Source: Candidatus Eiseniibacteriota bacterium
GTDB lineage: Bacteria > Eisenbacteria > RBG-16-71-46
Direction of reading: 5' to 3'
Assembly: GCA_031370785.1 (NCBI GenBank)
Contig: JANMQY010000020.1
Location: 1-13,866 of the forward strand
DNA length: 13,866 nucleotides
Part shown: positions 1-7,703 of the stretch, one piece after another
How the letters are laid out: the number at the start of each line of letters is the position of its first letter
Numbering within the stretch: the first letter of the stretch is position 1
Notes under the pieces: generated by a model
What the model saw: only the letters and a program-made list of their open reading frames with translations
The model's database searches: none
Told to the model about the DNA's origin: nothing
Made by a program: the position numbers and the translations under genes

Positions 1-1
1 C

Positions 2-190
2 GTGGCCGCCGAGCGCCCGAAGATCCTGCCGCGGCGCGACGCCATGTGCGTGAACATCGCGCGCGCCCTGCGCGTGGGCGTCGACCAGGTCTCGGTCAAA
101 GCCACGACCAACGAAGGTCTGGGCGCGGTCGGCCGCGACGAGGGCATTGCCGCGTGGGCGGTGGCGCTGGTCGAGGTTGATCAGGACTAA
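2..190 (+). CDS. ispF: 2-C-methyl-D-erythritol 2,4-cyclodiphosphate synthase, 3' end only (could be an IspDF fusion)
   Basis: Translation ERPKI...VSVKATTNEGLGAVGRDEGIAAWAVALV matches the IspF C-terminal signature (KATT-E-LG--GR-EGIAA). It is truncated by the window start. TAA at 188-190. Confidence 0.92.
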   Translation: MAAERPKILPRRDAMCVNIARALRVGVDQVSVKATTNEGLGAVGRDEGIAAWAVALVEVDQD

Positions 191-335
191 AGTCGCCACC
201 GCGGGACGACCCCCTATAGGTGCTAAAGAGGGCGAGGCACTGCCCGTCTGTGTGGCGAACCCGACTGGCGCCCACGAAAAGCGAGGATTTTCCAGCCTAT
301 CGGGGTGTAGCCTTGATACGTCGCAAGCGAGGGAG

Positions 336-367
336 TCTATCGCTGATATGACGTGAGCGGGTTCAAC
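336..367 (+). repeat. Direct repeat copy 1 (TCTATCGCTGATATGACGTGAGCGGGTTCAAC), upstream of NHL gene 1
   Basis: 29/32 identical to 1359-1390; first 15 nt identical to 2401-2415; contains inverted half-sites TATC-GCT-GATA. Confidence 0.9.
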
Positions 368-382
368 TAAGGGATGGCCACC

Positions 383-1369
383 ATGAATTCACCGCTTCGA
401 CGCATCGCACAAACACTCGCACTCTTCGGCCTCGCATCAATCCTGCCTGCGGCCGTCGGAGCGCAACCTCCCGCCTACATCCTGCAGTGGGGTTCGACCG
501 GCAGCGGTAACAGCCAGTTCATCAATCCCGTTGGAGTCGCGACGAACGCCACTGGCGACGTCTACGTCAGCGATCGAAACAACTCCCGCATTCAGAAGTT
601 CACCGGCGCGGGCGCCTATCTGGCTCAGTGGGGCTCGCCGGGCAGCGGACCCGGGCAGTTCCAGAATCCCTACGGATTGGCGACGGATGCCGCCGGCAAC
701 GTCTACGTCGTGGACCAGACCAACAATCGCATCCAGAAATTCGACGCGACCGGCGCCTACCTCACCCAGTGGGGCGCGTCGGGGAGCGGCGTCGGGCAAT
801 TCAATGGTCCGTTCGCGGTCGCGACCGACGTCGCGGGCGATGTGTATGTCGCGGACGTGGGCAACCAGCGCATCGAGAAGTTCTCGAACACCGGAACCTA
901 CATCACCCAGTGGGGCTCGTTCGGCAGCGGCAATGGGCAGTTCTACAATCCCTTCGGAGTGGCGACCGACGCCGCCGGCAACGTCTACGTCGTGGACGAG
1001 GGCAACCAGCGCATCCAGAAGTTTACGGGCACCGGCACCTATCTCGCCCAATGGGGCTCATTCGGCAGCGGCGACGGACAGTTCCAGTATCCGTACGGTG
1101 TGGCGACGGACGCGGCGGGTAACGTCTACGTCTCAGACCGGCTCAATCACCGGATTCAGAAGTTCACCTCGGCCGGCGCCTACCTCACTCAATGGGGCTC
1201 GAGCGGCAGTGGCAATGGCCAGTTCGAGTTCGCTTTCGGAGTGGCGACGGACGCTGCCGGCAACATCTACGTCGCCGACAGCGACCTCAATCGAATTCAG
1301 AAGTTCGGCCCGACGCCCACTCCCACGAAGGCCACGAGCTGGGGACGCCTCAAGAGCCTCTATCGCTGA
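383..1369 (+). CDS. Secreted NHL-repeat (6-bladed beta-propeller) protein with C-terminal TSWGRLKSLYR tail
   Basis: Sec-type signal peptide (MNSPLRRIAQTLALFGLASILPAAVGA). Six 47-aa repeats YLxQWGSxGSGxGQFxxPxGVATDAAGNVYVxDxxNxRIQKF, then a Pro/Thr linker and the tail. ATG 383 is preferred over 374 on spacing from AAGGG (369-373). Confidence 0.9.
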   Translation: MNSPLRRIAQTLALFGLASILPAAVGAQPPAYILQWGSTGSGNSQFINPVGVATNATGDVYVSDRNNSRIQKFTGAGAYLAQWGSPGSGPGQFQNPYGLATDAAGNVYVVDQTNNRIQKFDATGAYLTQWGASGSGVGQFNGPFAVATDVAGDVYVADVGNQRIEKFSNTGTYITQWGSFGSGNGQFYNPFGVATDAAGNVYVVDEGNQRIQKFTGTGTYLAQWGSFGSGDGQFQYPYGVATDAAGNVYVSDRLNHRIQKFTSAGAYLTQWGSSGSGNGQFEFAFGVATDAAGNIYVADSDLNRIQKFGPTPTPTKATSWGRLKSLYR

Positions 1370-1390
1370 TATGAGATGACCGGGTTCAAC
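1359..1390 (+). repeat. Direct repeat copy 2 (TCTATCGCTGATATGAGATGACCGGGTTCAAC), overlapping the stop codon of NHL gene 1
   Basis: 29/32 identity to 336-367; 22/25 identity to 2401-2425. Confidence 0.9.
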
Positions 1391-1421
1391 CCACTTCATC
1401 TTGCAGAAGGGCATGGCCGCC

Positions 1422-2411
1422 ATGAGTTCGCATCTTGGACGCTTCGCACACGCTCTCGCACTCCTCTGCCTTGCATTCGCGCTGCCGGCGACCGCCGGAG
1501 CACAGATCTATCTCTTGCAGTGGGGCTCCTACGGCAGCGGCAGCGGGCAGTTCGACTTTCCCAACAAGGTGGCGACGGACGCCGCCGGCAATGTGTACGT
1601 CACGGACTTCCTCAACAACCGCGTCCAGAAATTCACAGGCAATGGCGTCTATCTCACCCGGTGGGGCACGGCGGGCAGCGGCAACGGGGAGTTTCACAAT
1701 CCCTTCGGAGTGGCAACGGACGCGACGGGTGACGTCTACGTCTCGGATTACGGCTACAACCGCATCCAGAAGTTCACAGCTACGGGCACGTACCTCACGC
1801 AGTGGGGCTCGCCGGATGGTTCGTACGGCAGCGGCAACGGACGGTTCCTCGTTCCGCGTGGCGTAGCCACCGACGCCACCGGCAACGTCTACGTCGCCGA
1901 CACCGGCAACAACCGCATCCAGAAGTTCAGCGACACGGGCATCTACCTCACTCAATGGGGTTCGTTGGGCAGCGGCAACGGGCAGTTTGACTCGCCCCAC
2001 GGTGTAGCCGCGGACGGTGTCGGCAACGTCTACGTCGCGGACTATTTCAACAATCGCATCCAGAAATTCACCGACACCGGCGGCTACGTCACTCAATGGG
2101 GCTCGTTGGGTAGCGGCGATGGGCAGCTCTACCGCCCCCTGGACGTCACTACGGACGCCGCCGGGAATGTCTACGTTGCGGACTTCAACCAGCGCATCCA
2201 GAAGTTCACCGGCACGGGCACCTATCTCACCCAGTGGGGCTCACCCGGAAGCGGCGACGGGCAGTTCAATGCTCCCTTTGGAGTAGCCACGGACGCCGCC
2301 GGCAACGTCTACGTCGCGGACGCAGGCAATAACCGCATTCAGAAGTTCGGTCCAGAGTCGACTCCGACGAAACGCACGAGCTGGGGACGTCTCAAGAGCC
2401 TCTATCGCTGA
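1422..2411 (+). CDS. Secreted NHL-repeat (6-bladed beta-propeller) protein, paralogue of 383-1369, same TSWGRLKSLYR tail
   Basis: Signal peptide MSSHLGRFAHALALLCLAFALPATAGA; six NHL repeats (4-aa insertion in repeat 3, 1-aa deletion in repeat 5). Start chosen by homology to gene 1 (alternative ATG at 1413). Confidence 0.9.
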   Translation: MSSHLGRFAHALALLCLAFALPATAGAQIYLLQWGSYGSGSGQFDFPNKVATDAAGNVYVTDFLNNRVQKFTGNGVYLTRWGTAGSGNGEFHNPFGVATDATGDVYVSDYGYNRIQKFTATGTYLTQWGSPDGSYGSGNGRFLVPRGVATDATGNVYVADTGNNRIQKFSDTGIYLTQWGSLGSGNGQFDSPHGVAADGVGNVYVADYFNNRIQKFTDTGGYVTQWGSLGSGDGQLYRPLDVTTDAAGNVYVADFNQRIQKFTGTGTYLTQWGSPGSGDGQFNAPFGVATDAAGNVYVADAGNNRIQKFGPESTPTKRTSWGRLKSLYR

Positions 2412-2425
2412 TATGGAGTGACCGG
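2401..2425 (+). repeat. Direct repeat copy 3 (TCTATCGCTGATATGGAGTGACCGG), overlapping the stop codon of NHL gene 2
   Basis: 22/25 identity to copy 2; homology stops after 2425. Confidence 0.85.
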
Positions 2426-2441
2426 CATCCGCACCTCGTTT

Positions 2442-2481
2442 GTGCCGCGGCCATCCTCGACCATGGGGATGGCCGCGGCGC
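2442..2481. terminator. Strong GC-rich stem-loop after the NHL pair (terminator or mRNA-stabilising hairpin)
   Basis: GTGCCGCGGCCATCCTCG (2442-2459) pairs with TGGGGATGGCCGCGGCGC (2464-2481), 18 bp including G-U pairs, with a 4-nt loop. There is no clear U-tract, so terminator function is uncertain. Confidence 0.5.
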
Positions 2482-2650
2482 TTGATGTGGCCATCGACTA
2501 GCCCAGAGCGCGCTCATTCGCAAGCCCGGCGCCGCTCCGCGCTTGCGCCGTGCCACGCGGAAAGAGTTAAATCCGCGCTTCGCATCCTGCCGATGAAGCC
2601 GCCGGCCCCGGCCGCGCGGAAATCCGCGATCGCCTCTGAGGAGACACCCG

Positions 2651-3661
2651 ATGAAGGTTGCCGTGCTCATGGGCGGCCGGTCCGCCGAGCGCGAGATCTC
2701 GCTGCGCACGGGCCGGGGTGTCGCGCAGGCACTGCGCAATCTCGGGCACGAAGTGACCGCGGTGGACGCGGCCAACGGCCGCCTGCTCCCGGCCGGGGAG
2801 GAAGAGCGCGCCGCGCTGCCCTCGACCGCGCTCGAGCCGGCGGGCGAGGCGGCACTGGTGCGTCCCGAGGTGCTGGCGGGCGCCGACGTCGTGTTCCTCG
2901 CGCTGCATGGCGCCGCCGGCGAGAACGGCACGCTCCAGGCGCTCCTCGATCTGACCGGCAGGCCCTACACCGGCTCGGGCATGCTCGCGAGCGCGCTCGC
3001 CATGAACAAGGCGATGGCGAAGAAGATCTTCGTACAGGAGGGAATTCCGACGCCGCGCTGGCAACTGGTCGCCGCGAACGCCACCGCCGCGGATGTCGAC
3101 GTCGCTTCGGTCGGCGGTTTTCCGCTGGTGGTCAAGCCGAACGAAGAGGGCTCGAGCGTCGGCCTCACCATCGTCGAGGCTGCTGCGGGACTGCCCGCGG
3201 CGCTGCGCCTCGCCGGCCAGCAGGATCAGGAGATCCTGGTCGAGGAGTTCATTCCCGGACGCGAGCTGACCGTCTCGGTGCTGGGCGATGAAGTGCTGCC
3301 GATCGTCGAGATCCGCCCGAAGAGCGGGCTCTACGACTACGAGTCCAAGTACACTGCGGGGCGCAGCGAGTATTTCTGCCCGGCCGATCTGCCCGCGCCT
3401 GTCGCAAAACGGGTGAACGATCTCGGCCTTCGCGTCGCGAAGGCGCTGGGCTGCCGCGGCGCGAGCCGCACCGATTTTCGACTCGACGCCGCGGGCAAGG
3501 CGTGGTGTCTCGAGCTGAACACGATTCCGGGCATGACCCCGACCAGTCTGGTGCCGATGGCCGCGAAGGCGCGCGGCATGAGCTACGACCAGCTGGTGGG
3601 ACGCATGCTCGAGCTGGCGATCGCCGATTCGCGGCGCCGCGGGGCGAACACGCCGCGGTGA
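2651..3661 (+). CDS. ddl: D-alanine--D-alanine ligase
   Basis: Motifs VAVLMGGRSAEREISL, LHGAAGENG, VVKPNEEGSSVG, YDYESKY and ELNTIPGMTPTSLVP; RBS GAGGAG upstream. Confidence 0.96.
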   Translation: MKVAVLMGGRSAEREISLRTGRGVAQALRNLGHEVTAVDAANGRLLPAGEEERAALPSTALEPAGEAALVRPEVLAGADVVFLALHGAAGENGTLQALLDLTGRPYTGSGMLASALAMNKAMAKKIFVQEGIPTPRWQLVAANATAADVDVASVGGFPLVVKPNEEGSSVGLTIVEAAAGLPAALRLAGQQDQEILVEEFIPGRELTVSVLGDEVLPIVEIRPKSGLYDYESKYTAGRSEYFCPADLPAPVAKRVNDLGLRVAKALGCRGASRTDFRLDAAGKAWCLELNTIPGMTPTSLVPMAAKARGMSYDQLVGRMLELAIADSRRRGANTPR

Positions 3662-3688
3662 GCCGTTGACCTTTCTCGAGGAGAACAC

Positions 3689-4750
3689 ATGGATGCCACT
3701 CAGAAATTCCTGAAGGAGCTGGTGGAGGCGCAGGGCGCCCCCGGCTTCGAGGGCGACGTCGCCAAGGTGATGGAGAGCTTCCTCAAGGGCGTCGGCCCGA
3801 TCTCGCGTGATCGCCTCGGCAGTTTCATCTGCGAGAAGAAGGGCAGCACCGCCACTCCGCGCATCATGCTCGCCGGCCACCTCGACGAGGTCGGATTCCT
3901 GGTCAAGTCGGTCACCAAGGAAGGGTTCGTCAAGTTCCTGCCGCTCGGCGGATGGTGGGGACACGTGGTGCTGGGCCAGCGCCTCGTGATCAAGACCCGC
4001 AAGGGTGACGTGCTCGGCGTGGTGGGCTCCAAGCCGCCGCACGAACTGCGCGATGAGGACCGCAAGAAGGTGCTCGAGATCAAGGACATGTACATCGACG
4101 TCGGCGCGGCCGCGGACTGGGACGTGCGCACCAAGCTCGACATCCGTCCCGGGGACGCGATCCTTCCGGTCTCGGACTTCACGCTGCTCGCGAACAAGAA
4201 CCTGATGCTGGCCAAAGCGTGGGACAACCGGATCGGCTGCGCGCTCGCCGCGCAGACCGCGAAAGAGCTCAAGGGCGTGGCGCATCCCAACACGGTGTTC
4301 GCGGTGGCCACGGCGCAGGAGGAAGTCGGACTGCGCGGCGCGCAGACTTCCGCGTTCAAGGTGCAGCCCGATGTCGGCATTGCGCTCGACGTCGGCATCG
4401 CGCACGACACGCCCGGCACCGAAGGTGACGAGAAGCTCGGCGGCGGCCCGCTGGTGGTGGTGTACGACGCGACCTCGATTCCGAATCGCGGCTTGCTCGA
4501 CCTGGTGACCGACACCGCGAAGAAGCTGAAGATCCCCCTCCAGTTCGAATCGGTGGAGCGCGGGGGAACCGATGCCGGCCGCATCCACATGACCGGCCAG
4601 GGCGTGCCGTCGATCTCGATGGGCGTGGCCGCGCGCTACATCCACAGCCATGTGAGCATCATCGATCGCCGCGACTTCGACATGACGGTCAAGCTGCTGG
4701 TCGCGCTGGTGAAGCGGCTCGACCGCAAGACCGTGGATCGGCTGATCTAG
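3689..4750 (+). CDS. M42 family metallopeptidase (TET-like aminopeptidase)
   Basis: Metal-binding and catalytic motifs GHLDEVG, KAWDNR, QEEVGLRGA, ALDV, GGTDAG and RYIHS; RBS GAGGAG. Confidence 0.93.
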   Translation: MDATQKFLKELVEAQGAPGFEGDVAKVMESFLKGVGPISRDRLGSFICEKKGSTATPRIMLAGHLDEVGFLVKSVTKEGFVKFLPLGGWWGHVVLGQRLVIKTRKGDVLGVVGSKPPHELRDEDRKKVLEIKDMYIDVGAAADWDVRTKLDIRPGDAILPVSDFTLLANKNLMLAKAWDNRIGCALAAQTAKELKGVAHPNTVFAVATAQEEVGLRGAQTSAFKVQPDVGIALDVGIAHDTPGTEGDEKLGGGPLVVVYDATSIPNRGLLDLVTDTAKKLKIPLQFESVERGGTDAGRIHMTGQGVPSISMGVAARYIHSHVSIIDRRDFDMTVKLLVALVKRLDRKTVDRLI

Positions 4751-4810
4751 CTTCGCGCCGCGCCGCCGGAGCGGACCCGGTTGGCCGCGGTGCGATGGGG
4801 AGCCGCCCTG

Positions 4811-5716
4811 ATGCTGCTCGTCACGCAGACGCCGCTGAGCTTTCCCGAAGGGGAGAGGCTGCTCGAGATCGGCGCGCGCATCGCCATCACGCTGCTGATG
4901 GCATGGCTCGCCCAGCGCGGACTGTTCCTGCTGATCGCACGCTTCGAGAACCTGCCGCTGCGCCGCGGGGACCTGAGCGTGCACGCGCAGCAGCGCGCGC
5001 ACACACTCGGGCAGATCGTGCGCAGCATGGTCGTGGTGCTGGTCGGCGCGATCGCGTTCGTGCACATCCTCGATGTGTGCGGCTGGGACGTGAAGCCGCT
5101 GCTCGCGGGCGCGGGCATTCTCGGAGTTGCGCTCGGATTCGGCGCCCAATGGCTGATCCGCGACGTGATCGCCGGTGTGTTCATCCTGCTCGAGGACCAG
5201 TTCGCGGTCGGGGATCTCATCGAGATGGACGGGCGCGCCGCGACGGTCGAGGAGATCTCGGTGCGCTCGACGCGGCTGCGCGACTTCAACGGCTACGTCC
5301 ACTTCGTGCCCAACGGCTCGATGAAGACGGTGACGAATCGCAGCCGCGGATGGAACCGGCTCGCGGTCGACGTGCCGATCGATCCCAATGACGACGCCGA
5401 GCGTGCGCTCGAAGCGTGCCGCCACGTGGCGGAGGAGATGAATGCCGATCCGGCGTGGAAGGATCGGCTGCTCGAGCCGGTCCAGCTGTGGGGCATCGAA
5501 CAGCTCGACCCCACCTACCTGCAGATCCGGCTCGCGCTGCGCGCCCGGCCCGGAGCCGACACCGCGGACGCCGCGCGCGAGCTGAGGCGGCGCGTGCACC
5601 GCGCGCTGACCGCGGCCGGCGCGCGCCTCGCGGGCGGAGTGCCGCGCGCGCTGTCGCAGGCGGTGAGACCGCAGGAAGCGCTGGACGAACCCGACGCCCT
5701 GGAGAGGCCCTCGTGA
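4811..5716 (+). CDS. Small-conductance mechanosensitive channel (MscS family, YbiO-like)
   Basis: N-terminal hydrophobic helices; LLAGAGILGVALGFGAQWLIRDVIAG..ILLEDQFAVGD; VEEISVRSTRLRD..G.VHFVPNG. ATG 4811 follows GGGGAG (alternative TTG at 4781). Confidence 0.92.
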   Translation: MLLVTQTPLSFPEGERLLEIGARIAITLLMAWLAQRGLFLLIARFENLPLRRGDLSVHAQQRAHTLGQIVRSMVVVLVGAIAFVHILDVCGWDVKPLLAGAGILGVALGFGAQWLIRDVIAGVFILLEDQFAVGDLIEMDGRAATVEEISVRSTRLRDFNGYVHFVPNGSMKTVTNRSRGWNRLAVDVPIDPNDDAERALEACRHVAEEMNADPAWKDRLLEPVQLWGIEQLDPTYLQIRLALRARPGADTADAARELRRRVHRALTAAGARLAGGVPRALSQAVRPQEALDEPDALERPS

Positions 5717-7104
5717 CCCTGCGCGTCTACGACACGCTGAGCCGCGAAAAGCGCGAGTTCGTTCCGGTCCGCCCGGGACACGCGGGCATGTACGTGTGCG
5801 GGATGACGGTTCAGGACCGGCCGCACGTGGGACACATCCGCGCCTCGCTCTCGGGCGAGCTGATGCGCCGCTACCTCGAGCACCTCGGATACGAGGTGAC
5901 CTACGTCTACAACTTCACCGACGTCGACGACAAGATCATCGAGCGCGCCAACAAGGAAGGCACCGACTACACCTCGGTGAGTGAGCGGAACATCGACGCG
6001 TACCTGCGCTTCGCCGACCTGCACAACATCAAGCGCGCGACGGTCTACCCGCGCGCGACCCGCCACATCCCGGAGATCATCGATCTGATCCGCAAGCTGA
6101 TCGAGAAGGGCAACGCCTACGCCGCCAACGGCGACGTGTACTTCGACGTTCGCAGCAGGCCCGACTACGGGAAGCTTTCGGGGCGGCGCGTGGACGAGTT
6201 GCGCGAGGGCTACCGGATCGAACCCGGCGAGGCCAAGCGCGACCCGCTCGACTTCGCGCTGTGGAAGGGCGCCAAGCCCGGGGAACCGGCGTGGGAGAGC
6301 CCGTGGGGTCCGGGGCGCCCCGGCTGGCACATTGAGTGCTCGGCGATGAGCATGAAATACCTCGGCGAGCACTTCGACATCCATGGCGGCGGGCAGGACC
6401 TGATCTTCCCGCACCACGAAAACGAGATCGCCCAGTCCGAGGCCGCCACCGGCAAGCCGTTCGCGAACTTCTGGACCGAGAACGGGATGGTGAACCTGGG
6501 CGGCGAGAAGATGTCGAAGAGCACGGGCAAACTGTTCTTCATCGAGGACATCGCAGCCCAGACAGACCCCGAAGTGGTGCGCTACTACCTGCTCTCCACC
6601 CACTATCGCAGTCCGATCGACTTCACCCTGGAGCGCCTGACCGAGGCCGGGGTCGCCTATCAGCGCCTGCGCTCGCCGCTCGAGCGGGCCGAAGCCTGGA
6701 CCGCGCCCGACGGGCCCGATCCGGGGGGCGAGATGGGCGAGCACATGGCCGAGGCCGACGGGCTGTTCCATGAGTCCATGGACGACGACTTCAACAGCGC
6801 CAAGGCGATCGGGCACCTGTTCGACCTGTCCCGACGGGTGAACCGAGGGCTGGACGAGGGGCTGGGCACCGCCGCCCGCTCGGCCGCCCGCCGCCTCCTC
6901 AAGCTCGGCGAGGTGCTCGGCATGTTCTGGAAGACGCCCACCAGCGAGAGCTGGCCTCCCGCGATTCTGGCGCTGGCCGAGGCCCGGGAGCAGGCGCGCA
7001 AGTCCAAGAACTGGGCGGAGGCGGATCGCCTCCGCGGGCAGCTCCTCGAGCAGGGCGTCATCGTCGAGGACGGTCCCTCCGGACCCCGGCTCAAGCGACG
7101 CTGA
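5713..7104 (+). CDS. cysS: Cysteine--tRNA ligase
   Basis: YDTLSREKREF..MYVCGMTV..HVGH (HIGH variant), NFTDVDDKII, DFALWK, SPWGPGRPGWHIECSAM, DIHGGGQDLIFPHHENEIAQ and KMSKS. The GTG start overlaps the mscS TGA (GTGA), with RBS GGAGAGG. The 5416 start in the ORF track is too long. Confidence 0.97.
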   Translation: MTLRVYDTLSREKREFVPVRPGHAGMYVCGMTVQDRPHVGHIRASLSGELMRRYLEHLGYEVTYVYNFTDVDDKIIERANKEGTDYTSVSERNIDAYLRFADLHNIKRATVYPRATRHIPEIIDLIRKLIEKGNAYAANGDVYFDVRSRPDYGKLSGRRVDELREGYRIEPGEAKRDPLDFALWKGAKPGEPAWESPWGPGRPGWHIECSAMSMKYLGEHFDIHGGGQDLIFPHHENEIAQSEAATGKPFANFWTENGMVNLGGEKMSKSTGKLFFIEDIAAQTDPEVVRYYLLSTHYRSPIDFTLERLTEAGVAYQRLRSPLERAEAWTAPDGPDPGGEMGEHMAEADGLFHESMDDDFNSAKAIGHLFDLSRRVNRGLDEGLGTAARSAARRLLKLGEVLGMFWKTPTSESWPPAILALAEAREQARKSKNWAEADRLRGQLLEQGVIVEDGPSGPRLKRR

Positions 7105-7154
7105 ACGGGGGCCCGTCCGGACCCCCACCCGGAACCCCCAGATCAAACAATGGC

Positions 7155-7184
7155 TTGACCCGCCCAAACTCAGAGGACTAGCCT
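7155..7184 (+). promoter_or_regulatory. Candidate sigma70-type promoter for the small secreted protein/TPR activator operon
   Basis: TTGACC (7155-7160), 18-nt spacer, TAGCCT (7179-7184), in the intergenic space after cysS. Confidence 0.5.
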
Positions 7185-7333
7185 GAATGTGCACTTCCGG
7201 GGCGTATACGTCTTCGCGGGGGGCTCACCCGTATCCTTCCCACCCTCCCACTTCCCGCGAATCGGCTGACAGGTAGTGCAGTCGGACCGGCGCTTCGTCG
7301 GTCCAAGTGGACCAGGGAACAGGAAAGGGCTTC

Positions 7334-7663
7334 ATGCTTCGATTCGCGAAGAATCGTGGGTGGACCTTCATCCTCGCGCTGAGCCTCATCTTCGCATCCG
7401 CTGGCACGCTGTCTTCCCGCGCCTTTGCTGATGGCGGGTCGATCCTGCCAGGTGAACCCGCGCCAGGTGGCACGCCCGGAACCGGAATCGGTGACCCCGA
7501 CAATCCGACCGGAAAGTCGCTGCGGCCTCGCGGACGGATGCAGGCTGAGAGCTCAACGTACCGTTCGCGCGCCGTGGGTGACGGTAGCGGTTCGGGAAGC
7601 GTGTGGATGTTGCGTCTCCAGGTCGTGCTTCAGGCCCTGCGGTGGATGACCATCCGCTTCTAG
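7334..7663 (+). CDS. Small secreted hypothetical protein (109 aa), candidate signalling-peptide precursor
   Basis: Purine-rich RBS AGGAAAGGG before ATG 7334. Signal peptide with basic n-region, hydrophobic core and AFA cleavage motif (MLRFAKNRGWTFILALSLIFASAGTLSSRAFA). Gly/Pro-rich mature part with GIGDPDNP, and a hydrophobic/amphipathic C-terminus WMLRLQVVLQALRWMTIRF. Confidence 0.75.
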   Translation: MLRFAKNRGWTFILALSLIFASAGTLSSRAFADGGSILPGEPAPGGTPGTGIGDPDNPTGKSLRPRGRMQAESSTYRSRAVGDGSGSGSVWMLRLQVVLQALRWMTIRF

Positions 7664-7703
7664 GCTTTGAAGTCGCGACATCGTCTATGACCGGAGTTTC
7701 GGC

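Noticed and set aside
205..260. Cobalamin-riboswitch-like words (AGGTGC..AAAGAGGG..CACTGCCC..CTGT)
   Set aside because: Too short, and lacks the GGGAA/CCGGTG-AAATCC core and B12 box; the downstream gene is unrelated.
147..356. 69-aa ORF between ispF and NHL gene 1, or a pseudogene of a third NHL copy
   Set aside because: It overlaps ispF and has atypical composition. Similarity to the NHL genes is limited to the DNA repeat starting at 336.
473..2350. 141-bp periodic repeats as a CRISPR array or DGR template
   Set aside because: They are in-frame coding NHL repeats without unique spacers. No cas or reverse transcriptase gene is present, and the differences are not evidently adenine-specific.
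2567..5599. 1010-aa minus-strand ORF
   Set aside because: Antisense shadow of ddl, the peptidase and mscS caused by high-GC codon bias; no recognisable motifs. The same applies to 5515-7194, 7386-9092, 9165-10205 and 12429-13640.
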